In this document: positions 52,659-64,000 of the stretch, in pieces
Layout of the letters: the number at the start of each line of letters is the position of its first letter
Position numbering within the stretch: the stretch's first letter is position 1
NCBI GenBank assembly: GCA_030141605.1
Contig: JAQGDQ010000940.1
Span: 1-64,000 of the forward strand
Direction of reading: 5' to 3'
DNA: 64,000 nucleotides
Source of the DNA: Tubiluchus corallicola
Lineage: Eukaryota > Animalia > Priapulida
Notes under the pieces: model-generated
Told to the model about the DNA's origin: nothing
The model's input: the letters and a program-made list of their open reading frames with translations, nothing else
Databases searched by the model: none
Position numbers and translations under genes: made by a program

Positions 52659-53236
52659 ATTATTATCATTACTGAGTTGCTGTGTTAAGTCAAGGACTAT
52701 CATTATCATTACTGAGTTGCTGTGTTAAGTCTAGGACTATCATTATCATTACTGAGTTGCCGTGTTAAGTCTAGGACTATCATTATCATTACTGAGTTGC
52801 TGTGTTAAGTCTAGGACTATCATTATCATTACTGAGTTGCCGTGTTAAGTCTAGGACTATCATTATCATTACTGAGTTGCTGTGTTAAGTCTAGGACTAT
52901 CATTGAGTTGCCGTGTTAAGTCTAGGACTATCATTATCATTACTGAGTTGCCGTGTTAAGTCTAGGACTATTATTATCATTACTGAGTTGCCGTGTTAAG
53001 TCTAGGACTATCATTATCATTACTGAGTTGCCGTGTTAAGTCTAGGACTATCATTGAGTTGCCGTGTTAAGTCTAGGACTATCATTATCATTACTGAGTT
53101 GCTGTGTTAAGTCTAGGACTATCATTATCATTACTGAGTTGCTGTGTTAAGTCTAGGACTATCATTATCATTACTGAGTTGCTGTGTTAAATCTAGGACT
53201 ATCATTATCATTATTGAGTTGCTGTGTTAAGTCTAG
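52659..53236. repeat. 40-bp minisatellite, about 15 copies
   Basis: Unit ATCATTATCATTACTGAGTTGC(T/C)GTGTTAAGTCTAGGACT, head to tail with no spacers. Two units lack 9 bp. Confidence 0.95.
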
Positions 53237-56200
53237 TATTCTAGTTTTTACGCCTAGTATACACTTGAATTGCACTGTTAATTGCATTTATATAAAATTT
53301 GGTCAGACAGCATAATATAAACATATCTAAAGCAGACATCTAGACTAGACTGCTCAGCACGCATTCATCATTTGTGACAGGAACCACGGATGGCTTCAAA
53401 TACCAACCCATTGGCTTCACTTACATGCAAAACAGACGCAGCTGCGTAATGTTATATAAACATAATCGCATATTTCTCCAACATAAACTATTTAATTTTT
53501 TTCACACACCAAAAATTCGTTCTTCATTGGAATGTGGTTGTCCCCGTGCACCTGACACGTGCACGTCTTGGGGAGTGATTTGTGTGCTCAGAGGACAGGC
53601 CTACGAAAAGTGACATACTAAAAAATTTTTTTCAATGAAAAATAACTATAAGATGTAAAAATAACACGAAGTTGAAGGAGCAGTGACTTCGTATTTGAGT
53701 TCGCCATCTGCAGTCTAACTAACTCTACCGTTTCACTGATTCAAACATTGGAATTTTTTGGAGCAAGTTACTGTAAAGATTTCTTGTCTGGCGTTATAGA
53801 CCGCAAGTGTTATCAGCGTTTGTGTGCCTTGCCCGATTCCCCTTTCCCCGGAAGAAGAGGGCCTATGATGTTGTTATGCACAAGGCCTACGAAAGGCAAA
53901 GGACGGGATTGCACTGTGTCTGTAAACGCTAGCTTTCATATTTCAATCAGATTAAGTGCACTCAAATTCATAAGTCCAATGAAACCACATTTAAAGCTTT
54001 CAAAAGGTGTCTGTATTATATACTGTTCCTCTCTCTGTTTGGGCTTTCAAAACCAAATTTGAAGCTAGATTACATTTTGCTCTTTCTTCCTTCTTTATTT
54101 ACCAAAATATATCATTCCATCTAAACAAAACCATAAACAAATGACAAAAAATAAAAAACACTAGCCAAATGTCAATTTTACATAATTCAGAGTTTCATAC
54201 CGCATCGTCGCATTAATCAATAAATAGCTGTTATCTAATAGTAAATTTCAATCTTATAAAGTAATTTGAGTAAATACGTACGTTTTTAGCCCCAAATCAT
54301 AAGCAATTGCAACAGATAACGACAACATTTAATCAACCCACCATGACACGTCCTCACTTCACACGCCTCTGACCCCGATCAAATTGATCACGTGTCCGGG
54401 CCAAAAAAATCGCCACAAGGTGGCCAAAGCCAACAAGTTGCAACAACAAGTGAAGGCCGCAAAGCACGCCAATGCCAGATTTCCAGTACACTCTCTATCC
54501 ACGTAAAATTTCGAGCTGAACTATCAATTTGTCGTGATCATAATAAAAAATATTGCTGACACTTTAAACAGATTCAAATTTGAAGAATTGAACAACGTGT
54601 ATAAACTAACTGTATTTTGTCATTTAGCGTAACATTATTATCGCCTATAAACGTATATGAATTAACACATTCAGTCACATGTTCAGTGTGCACATTTCTA
54701 CTGGAAAACACGGAAAACTTCTTCACGAATACCTCGCAACGACAAATTAAGGCTACCCCATGTGACGACTAGGCCCTGGCTCAGGTCCATACATCTGTAA
54801 TTCCAACCCAAGAACGTAGGCTTAAATAAGCGACAGAAATGTAGATACAGTAGTGTTCTTTTATGGAAGATTAAAACATAAAGATGAAGCATAAAAATTA
54901 AAACAATTTTAACATAGGACATAATAAGCATCTCTGATATTATTCAGCATACTATCATGTTTTACTTGACATCAGGCCCTTCTCCCTCGACTCCTAGGCG
55001 GTGTAGGGTCCAAACATTGCTAATCCGCCCCACCGGGTCCGTAAATTCGTAAAGAAATAGTTATGACGAGGAAAACTTGGTTGTGGAGATCGTTAATCTA
55101 CGCTGACGCGTAAACACGCAATGGAAATTTTGTCCTGAAAATCATGAAGCCTCACTCGTTTAGGCTAAGCTTCTATCATTTATGAAGCATGTTAAACAGT
55201 TCCAGCTGTAAAGAACCATCTTTAGCACTTCTAATAAGATGCCCGATAAAAAATCAACAGTTTAACTAACTTAACACCAGCAAACAAAAACATTTTGAGT
55301 ATTTTAGATTCAATAATGAAATCAATTCCATGAGCTTCAATTTAAACGAAATGGCTACGTATGACAGTGAATTAAAATTTACAGTAAAAATAGTTAAAAC
55401 AGCTATAATTTTGGATTACGTATTAGCTTTAAATTAGCGTAAAAATGAAAAAAGTTATGGTTACAAATAAAAACACAGAGCTGTATTAAAATCATTACAG
55501 TGATGTAAAAAGTCCCAAATGTAATAGAGTATCGGTCATTCCCGGAAAAGGAACAAGCTCCGATTGCCGATAACTAAAAACAAGAGTTTCAAGACCATCC
55601 CAATTACGTATTAAGCTGCATATTCGTAGAATGAATCAAATGGGTTTGGGTTTTCTTCTCCAACCGTGTTGTTTAAGTATGGAATTCCTTACCGGATTCA
55701 GTAAATGATGCACCTTTGGTCACTAAACAATTCTAAACATTTCAAAAATAGATTGAAGTTTTTGAATTTTGATAAAAAGCTTGTGTATGAAAGGCGTGTG
55801 TAAACAGCTTGCCTCTTTACATCTTTCCCCACATTCATGTTTCCATTGTTTTATAGTTTATCTTTTAATGAATGTGAAACAAAATAAATAAATAAATAAT
55901 GGTTCATTTATTGATTGGACTCGACTGCTGAAGAAACCAGAACGGGACTTAGATAGACAATAACAAAGATATTTTGCTTGCACATTAAAATGACACTATT
56001 TCGTGTTTTCGGTGTTCAAACTGAATACTGTCTTTGTAAACTTATCACTTCTACGTAACGCCAACAGAGCCTGTTCTAAAACCGAATTTGCCCCTCCCCA
56101 GCCACGAATTTCGACCAAACCTGGACTGATGCGGACATGTTATCAACTCCTCACAGAAAGCACACAACTGTAAAGCAAGGCTGTTGAGTGAAGGGCGTAG

Positions 56201-58039
56201 TTTATTTGGGTGGTAGGAAGTGTGTAGTAAATCTACAGTAACTGTTTATAGCTGTAAAACGGTTGTGGCATATGTGCTAGTATGTAGTTCATAAACAAAA
56301 TAACGTCACTTTAGCGTCCCAGGTGCCTTACCCAGAGCGAATGGAGAGCACTGGCAAAAAGGGCAACGGGGTGAAAGTTAACTCGGTGACCAACAAAAAA
56401 AACAACGGTCAAAAGTTCTTCCGGATTCTAAGAGATCGCATTTCGGTCAACCTTTTTATTCGATGGTCGGTCGGTCAGTCACACTAGTCATCCGTTTCGG
56501 GCTACATAATCGTCAGGTAATCGTCTAAAACTGTTAAATGATTTAATCACCTAATCGGTCATTTCTGGTCGACCACGATAGGGCGAGGTGCAAAAGCAAT
56601 ATCTTGCTCAAAGTTGCTCCTTAACTTGTAGCAACCACTTAAGGTTGAAATGTGCCTGTGGTCTCAAATAGTGTAGTGGTCGCGATATATGCACAACTAT
56701 GAAGTTAAGCAAATCTCCTTTAAAGTTAGTAACTGGATGGTTTAATACCAGGGAAACTACTACCACCAGCCATTCTCTCGCCCAAAAAAGTCTTTCACTC
56801 ACCCGAAGATACCTCTGCATCACATGAGTAGGATGATTCATATTGGAGCAGTCAGGAGTAAACTTGATAATTAATTAAATCTGTTGCCGTTCGGTGCTTA
56901 CCGTAGCTACTTGAACTCAGCTTGTGACACGCCAAAATGTATAAAAAATGACTCTAAGGTTTCTGAGAAAAGCGGTTTCTGTAACTGTTCCCTGGCTTAG
57001 CGAATTCCTTTAGACTCCACGCCTACGAACTTGTAACCAAACCTTGGCAATTCTAGTGTACAATCAACAAAGATTATGTGACTATGTACAGTTTCAATAT
57101 CTGCAAGCAGCTGCCGTGACTCGCCCATGATTGGTACATAGAGCCTTTTCTTCACTAATGCACGCTCACATTAGATTTTCAAGATGTCTACATAGAGATT
57201 ACAGAAAAATAAGTTTTCTGGAGCTAAAACACCAGTACCACTCCGAGACGTTTGATATCTCGGAAGGTTGTCTTTGATACTCAGTCACTCAGTAGACTGA
57301 ACTAGATTCCGGTCCGTTTGCAACCTCGCCACATCAGTATTAGTAGTAAGCTGTGATTGAGTGCTCCTCACCTTTTTCAGAGCACCAAACTGTGTTAAAT
57401 CGGAAATATCTCTACATTAATATAAAAATGAACACTGGAAAATTTCAACCCTTGTTAATAAAATCAGAACGTGTTGTTTTTTTAGTGTATAGGCAGTAAA
57501 AATAGGCTAAAGTTTCTTAAAATTCTATCTCTGTGTTTAGTAAATAGACAAGTATGAAATGGGAAACATTTAAAAAAATACAAATTACTTGAATGCTGCT
57601 CTACATTAATTAATTTTTTACCTTCTGATGTAGCTGAATATAAATATGCAGTCCTACATATGATAATATGAATAATGCATAACAAGATTTAAATTTCCAT
57701 TTTAGCTTAGTATAACATAACTGTAGTAAATCAATAAATTCAACACAAATTACATCAAACAAAAACATTATAAATCAAACGGCAGGCGACAGAAGTCACT
57801 TTGACCTTTTTTCTGTTGCTGTTTCAGGATGGATGCCAGGAAAAATACAGCATTGCAAAGTTCTAGCAGTTTTCCTCACACATTCCTATGGAGGAGCACT
57901 GTTTATCTGCCAGCGACTATTATTTTTTTTAATATAAACAACACAACACTCGGCTGCTGAGTAACATCAACAAAATTAATAATATAGGTCAAACTTGACT
58001 GCAACTAGCACTAGAGGGTGCCATTATACCACCATTGTA

Positions 58040-58589
58040 CAGGGCGTTCCAAAAGAAACAGAGAAATAAAAATGTGATAAATGAACCTGTAGTAAATAAT
58101 ATTGTCTATCACTGCTATGAAATTCTCTATATCAAGAATCAGCTTTACGTAAAATCACAGAATGTCAGTTATAAATAAAATGGAAGGAGTTTACAATTCA
58201 CCACACAATTTAAATATCCTAATCCTAATGGAAACCCTAGCCCTAACCTTAACCCTAATCCAGGCCCTAACTCTAACCTTAATTCGCTTCACGAACTAAT
58301 TTCCTGCGTGTGGGGAATTGTAAACTTTAGCCAACAAAATTTGTTGTAAACGATAACCTTTTGAAAACACATCTAAAGACAAAAACTAGCGACAAAAACT
58401 AGCGTGTTTTCGAAAAGTTATCGGTTATAACAACATTTTTTGTAAATATAATATTGTGGGATTTTATATAAAACTTCCTATCATAATATACCTTAACTTG
58501 GTCACATTTATTGGACTTTATATGGTATAATATTCTTTTGCTTAAAGGAATTGGTAGTACACTGATTCATACTTTTTTTGGACACCTTG
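58040..58589. mobile_element. Tc1/mariner-type MITE with nested inverted-repeat elements
   Basis: Imperfect TIRs TA-CAGGGCGTTCCAAAA and TTTTGGACACCTTG-TA. Internal inverted pairs at 58188-58206/58308-58326 and 58342-58370/58404-58432. Confidence 0.5.
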
Positions 58590-58949
58590 TACATGTTAAA
58601 AGGGCAACCTGATACTTCTATATATGTCACCATTACGGTCTATTAATGTAAATTTGGCAAAATGAAGAACATAAAACTATGAAAACTTCTAGGAACCATA
58701 CAAGCTTGCATGTACGCCATTTTCACACACCAAATTTACAGGCACAGGAATGACATCAAGATGTTATTTCGTTAAAAATGGTTTCTAAGCAGGTTATTTG
58801 AAGAACTGACGTTTTAACTTGAGTTTTTTCTGTCTGCTAGTAATAACCATACTTACAGTTTTAATAAGATACAATATTAAGCGTTTGTCGAGTGATCATT
58901 GTCATTACCATTTATTGTCATTATAATAATTTTTTGTTTGGCGAAAGTC

Positions 58950-59110
58950 ATAATGACGCTGATGATGATGATAAGGACGACGACGACGACGACAACGACG
59001 ACAATGGTGATGATGATGATGGTGATGGTGATGATGACGATGATGATGATGACGATGATGATGACAATAATAATGATGATGATGATGTTGACGGCGATGA
59101 TGATGACACA
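58950..59110. repeat. (GAT/GAC)n imperfect microsatellite
   Basis: Trinucleotide run that creates spurious poly-D and poly-M ORFs. Confidence 0.9.
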
Positions 59111-60090
59111 GACGATTTTCGTGGCCTTTGAAGTTTGGCTAACGGTCGCTAATGTATTATGATAATGTATTTTTTAATAACGAAGAAACAACTAAAATTT
59201 AGGAAATTCCAGGACCACATTTTTGCGCCTACACTAAATTATGCTCTAATTATTTGATACAATTCAATTTCTGACACATAAGAACTAATGGATACCATTA
59301 ACCATTGGTTAAAAAATCTATAGGCAATGATTACTGGATGAATTAGTTTCAGCAAGTTTTGTGCCCTGCGGAAAACACAGACTATGTGCCAAACTTGAAC
59401 AGATGCCTGAAAGCTGAAGCCAACTGGTTTGTGGGTTAGAGGGTGTGTATTCCACACGTCTAGTCAAATCCAAACACTAAACATGCAAATCTTTATCTCC
59501 ATTCATCATGCTTGCTTCACAGAAAACGAAAATTTTGGCCGGAAATAACTATAACAACGGTTGGGTTCGACTGCACGTACCCGCCACACTCATTGACTCA
59601 ATAAGGTTACCACAATAATTAACAACAAAACTAAATTTCAGCTTTGAAACATTCACAAGCAGCTGGCCAAAAGGTTAACAAGCCGCGTGACTAAAGTTCT
59701 GGGTGAGTAGTCTATTATGTAAGCCGCAGTTGCTCAAAGTTAACTGGTTCTACCTCCGGAGGTCCTAGTGTATGAGGACTGCTGGCGACGATAAACAAAT
59801 AAAGGTAAATGATCAAAAGGCAAGTGACTACTACGAATGTACAGATTTACCTGTGGTGTTTTATAATACACCTTTACCGGTTCAGCATCTCAGTTTAGCA
59901 GATTATTCACGATGACGAGATGAGTTATGATCCCACCACTACTACAGTACACTCAACATTAATAGCAGGTATACAGTTGACTGCTGGTCTCTGTACAAAG
60001 CGTTAAGTCTCTGCTTGTACGTAAAGACTGTATAGAATGTAATAATGCAACTCCAAATAACAACGGAGTACGCACTACCTGGCAGCCAAG

Positions 60091-60165
<75 letters not shown>
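60091..60165. repeat. Compound (TA)n(GA)n microsatellite
   Basis: Directly visible dinucleotide runs. Confidence 0.95.
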
Positions 60166-60167
<2 letters not shown>

Positions 60168-61554
60168 GTGATAGACATATACGCGTACATGTCGTGTGAA
60201 GAAAAGCTGTAATACGAGATTGTTGCCTTACTGCTAGTTTTGCTATTTAAAAAAATGTTTGAATAAAGTAAAATATTTATTTATTTATACAAGTAGTAAA
60301 ACTAAAGTTCAAGAATATGGAATGAGATTGAATCTTGATTTGAACCAAAGATCTTTGGATCCAGTGCCATGACCACTCGACGCTACGGCTTTGATCAAGG
60401 CAGCTTTTATTCCACTCACAGATAGTGCTGTGAGTTTTGATTACACTACTCTGACTACAAGGTGCTGTGTGGTGCAGTGAGTCGCGGCGTTACACTCAGT
60501 TCTCTCTTAATATCCAAATTCCGTTGCACTGTTACCTAACCTAGCCAAGAGACTGGAGCCAAGGAAATGCAGCTTACAAACAGTAAATTGTTCCTGCATG
60601 TTGTTACAGCTTACAGTCCAAATAAATTCCAAAGCTGTTATGCAAAGTTACATAATAACAAATCACTGTTACCCCGGCTAATATGCAGTTAGGCATGTTT
60701 GTGTCATATGCCTTGTAAGAAGGAGGGAAACAAAGATGTCAATTCAGATAAATGAGGACGTCCAGCGACAAAGAAATCTTTTATAATTGCATGAGTGGAG
60801 CGGCTGGAGCCACTCGTCACCTTCATTACACACAGATGGAGCTACACGTCACCTTCATTACACACAGATTTAAAATATCCTGACCTTACTCAAAACTGGT
60901 CCCCAGGTTTACAGGGAATTTTAACATCCCTTTCGCATTGTAACTAGTAATAATAATGTCTGTACTCTATACTATAGCAGCGGCTTTCTACAACACAGTA
61001 ACAAAATTATTACCACATGAAGGCGTGTCAAAACTAAACTGTGAATCAGTGTGATTGCAAACTTTCAAAATGGAATTACCATTGTAAGATAAGAATCTAT
61101 CTTTAAGCGGGTACACTGTACCACTTAAGTTATGCTTGTCTAAATTTACTGTAGTTTAATTTACTCCCTGTAAAACTTACACCCTTGGAGTTCGGAGTGG
61201 AAGCAATTATGAGAAGATTGCACGGCTTGTTTTTGCCTCACAAACAGAATACTAAATCAGAATGCTTTACAAACAAAAACTTGATGAGGAAAACGGCTGT
61301 TTTATTGTTTTATTTACGAGGGCGTGAATCACTAGTGCGCGCGATTCGTTAAAGCGTGAACATTTTAAAAGTTTCTTCGAAACAGTAAGAACTAAACTTC
61401 CGACGAGTGATAATAAAAATTGTAATAGTGCCGGGATTTTAAGGGAGCAATAGGGGCATAGCAATAATCATGTAGAGTATTATTAGGCCGGTAAATAAAT
61501 TGGAGTTATAGGGTAAATATTGCTATTGGTAACTATGTCATCATGTTTTCTCAC

Positions 61555-61855
61555 CAGGGCGGATTTACATACTTGTAGGACCAAAGCCAAACTTACGAGT
61601 GGGCCCGAAATTTATAGAAATGTTGGCACGTTTCAGTATCCAATAAGTATAGGCCACTAGGGCCTATTCGCCGGGCTCTACACTTATTGCACAGGAGCCC
61701 TTAAGGTTTTGAATATAAATAAACACCCGGTGTACATTTGAAACAAAGTTATATGGTGCTGACAAGCTGCACGCGAAATCAATTTCAGTGACCCCCTCAG
61801 GTACCGGTGGGCCCTAGGTAAGGGCCTACTATGCCTACTGGTAAATCAAGCCCTG
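61555..61855. mobile_element. hAT-type MITE
   Basis: TIRs CAGGGCGGATTTAC and GTAAATCAAGCCCTG. Flanking 8-mers TTTCTCAC and CTTCTCAT (6/8 identical) fit a decayed 8-bp TSD. GGGCCC subterminal motifs are present. Confidence 0.65.
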
Positions 61856-61907
61856 CTTCTCATAATCATTTTAGGCCTATAATTATTTTTAATTATTATT
61901 GCTGTTG

Positions 61908-61946
61908 TTATCATCATCATCATCATCATCATGATCATTATCATCA

Positions 61947-61977
<31 letters not shown>

Positions 61978-61992
61978 CCATTATTATTATTT
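61908..61992. repeat. (CAT)n/(ATT)n microsatellite
   Basis: Directly visible. Confidence 0.9.
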
Positions 61993-62459
61993 TATTTGTG
62001 TGCAGAGTATTTTGTATGTAACTGTGATTTCCACAGTAAGGGTGGATAATTTGATTAGATCTGTAACTAAGTAGATCCCTAATTGTTCAGCACATAGTGA
62101 AAATAGGTTTCTGTCACAATCATGCTTTAAATACAGCCAATTTCCCGAAAATCATAAATTCATTTTATAACAACAAACAGTGCCATAAAAGTTTTAATGA
62201 AAATATGAAGCATAGTGTGCACCGTTACATGAGCCGCTCAGTCAACGCCATATACGTAGCCTACTTATTGCACACGTAACAAAACGCCGGAAGAAAATAA
62301 AATAGCTAAAACCAATAAAAAATTCCAACTAAAAATGTTGCTACGTATAAAAATTGCTTTTCTCACATGTCCGAGTTCAGTTTTGCTAATTTTGTCAATT
62401 CGTGGGGCGCCTCTAAAGAATCCCATCACGGCTAATGAGCCAAGCTGTACTACCATGCG

Positions 62460-62462
<3 letters not shown>

Positions 62463-62532
<70 letters not shown>

Positions 62533-62577
62533 ACTCACTCACGCTCTCTCTCTCTCTCTCTCTCACTCACTCACTCA

Positions 62578-62616
<39 letters not shown>
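62463..62616. repeat. (CT)n microsatellite with (CACT)n interruptions
   Basis: Directly visible. Confidence 0.95.
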
Positions 62617-62619
<3 letters not shown>

Positions 62620-63786
62620 ATGAATTGCTGCGAGGTAATTACCATAGTCACCGAGTTAACTGGCTGTTAAGGGTAAAAAAGAAATTTGCTTGTGAAACAT
62701 GCCAGATGTTTATCCTATACGCTTTATAGCTAACCTGCTGACCTAGAATTATGTTCTGCTGCCATGAGTCAACTCCCAAACAACAAAATTTTACTTGTAG
62801 GTTTTGTGTTTATAAAACTGCGAGGAAACTAGAAATAATATCAGCAGAGATACACCGGACTAGCTGTATGGTTGGTGGGGCGGCTGACTGATGGATCACA
62901 TTGCAGCTAATACTGCATCTATAAATAACCAACGCCTCTCTGCTACATCTAAATATTGGAAAAGCCAAATCACTGAAACCAGTCAGCTGCCCCACGGTGA
63001 AGCGCGAAAGCACTTGCATGATGGATCAGACAGTTTAGAACGAAAAAAACCTTAACAAGTGTCTATAAAGATACGAAATCAGCCTCCGACATATGTGTGC
63101 ATGCAATCGGGTGTGCACGCGCGTGCTCGTTAACCGGCAGAATTTTCCCGATTTTCATTTCTGGGATCAATTATTTTCGTTGAGCGCACGAGCGCGCATT
63201 ATTGGCGGTCATTTTGTGGAAAGTGTCGGTAAATAAATTAGGTTCTCATAGTACACAATTTTTCATATTAAACTGTTGGCCTAACTAATACAGTACCTTA
63301 CAAAAACTGTGAGAAAAAATGTTTAATACATAGTTTAACCGCTGTCAAAATAAAAAGCAGAAAAAGTACATTACTACAGAAAAACGGTGCAGACTTTTAG
63401 TAATCAATGTGAGATTACGTAGTTATTATATAGGTATGAGACCGTATAGCTGTTCTACAATGTGCTGTTCACTTTTGCTGCGCACTCGTTCTTGTATTTG
63501 AAAGTATAACATACTCTACGTAATGCAAATGAGCGGTAACAGTAAATCTCATTATTGAGACAAAACTGTATAGCTTCTTTAAAGAACAAAAAAGAATTTA
63601 AGTTTCCTATTGCAATTAAAAAAATACGTAGGCAGCAATAAATCAGCGTGCTATATACATAAATGCATGCATGCTCTTGCTGAAGGCTATTCTCATGAAT
63701 TACGCAGTTGCATCTTGGGTAGCAAGTGTGCTCAACGCCAAAAATCAACTTTACACAAGTAATAAAATAAAAAAGAAATTATTAAT

Positions 63787-64000
63787 GGTAGTAGGACCAG
63801 ACAGCTTGTTTGCAAAACATTCATTTATATGCTAGTTACGTAGTATCCGTGTTACTAAGTTTTTTATTCTCGGTTTGTGTCACCCACGCTTTCTTGCCTG
63901 ACCGCATGATGTGTGTTCTTGTTCCTTTGGTAAAAGATAAAAACAGGAGCTTAACTACCACCAATAATTGTGCCTTCAACTATATCAAGTAAGCTTCTAG
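63787..64000 (+). mobile_element. Degenerate LINE RT N-terminal fragment
   Basis: Broken-frame GPDSL..LLSFLFSVCVTHAFLPDRM..LVPLVKDKNRSLTTTNN resembles the region preceding the NYRPI motif of non-LTR RTs. Confidence 0.55.

Noticed and set aside
52659-53236. CRISPR-like array
   Set aside because: Units are head to tail without unique spacers, there are no cas genes, and the context is eukaryotic.
58892-59162. Poly-Asp and poly-Met ORFs
   Set aside because: Artefacts of the (GAT/GAC)n microsatellite.
60320-60390. tRNA genes here and at ~49910, ~43090 and ~20200
   Set aside because: Only A/B-box-like remnants; no cloverleaf can be formed, so they are probably decayed SINE heads.
62265-62670. 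ORFs around the (CT)n repeat, including a hydrophobic stretch (NFLLVLAILFSSG) as the IgSF signal exon
   Set aside because: They overlap a microsatellite, and I found no convincing phase-1 donor after the hydrophobic segment.

Overview
AT-rich animal (invertebrate-like, probably lophotrochozoan) genomic DNA with GT-AG introns; it is not prokaryotic. It contains five protein-coding genes, mostly invisible in the ORF track. (1) Ornithine decarboxylase antizyme (OAZ, +, 5 coding exons, 6555-12709), with a UCC-UGA +1 programmed ribosomal frameshift site and a clear 3' RNA pseudoknot. (2) A C2H2 zinc-finger gene with 9 fingers (-). (3) An intronless CDK10 (+). (4) An MTERF4-like gene (+) starting under 600 bp after CDK10. 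(5) A Klingon/Wrapper-like GPI-anchored adhesion gene with 3 Ig domains and one FN3 domain (-); its signal-peptide exon was not located. Mobile DNA includes an RTE-clade LINE with an intact RT ORF, an in-frame deletion of the endonuclease N-terminus and an HDV-like ribozyme fold at its 5' end. There is also a rearranged Penelope-like remnant with a minimal hammerhead ribozyme, several LINE fragments, Tc1/mariner- and hAT-type MITEs, a 40-bp minisatellite and microsatellites. All calls come from manual reading and translation; no database search or folding program was run.
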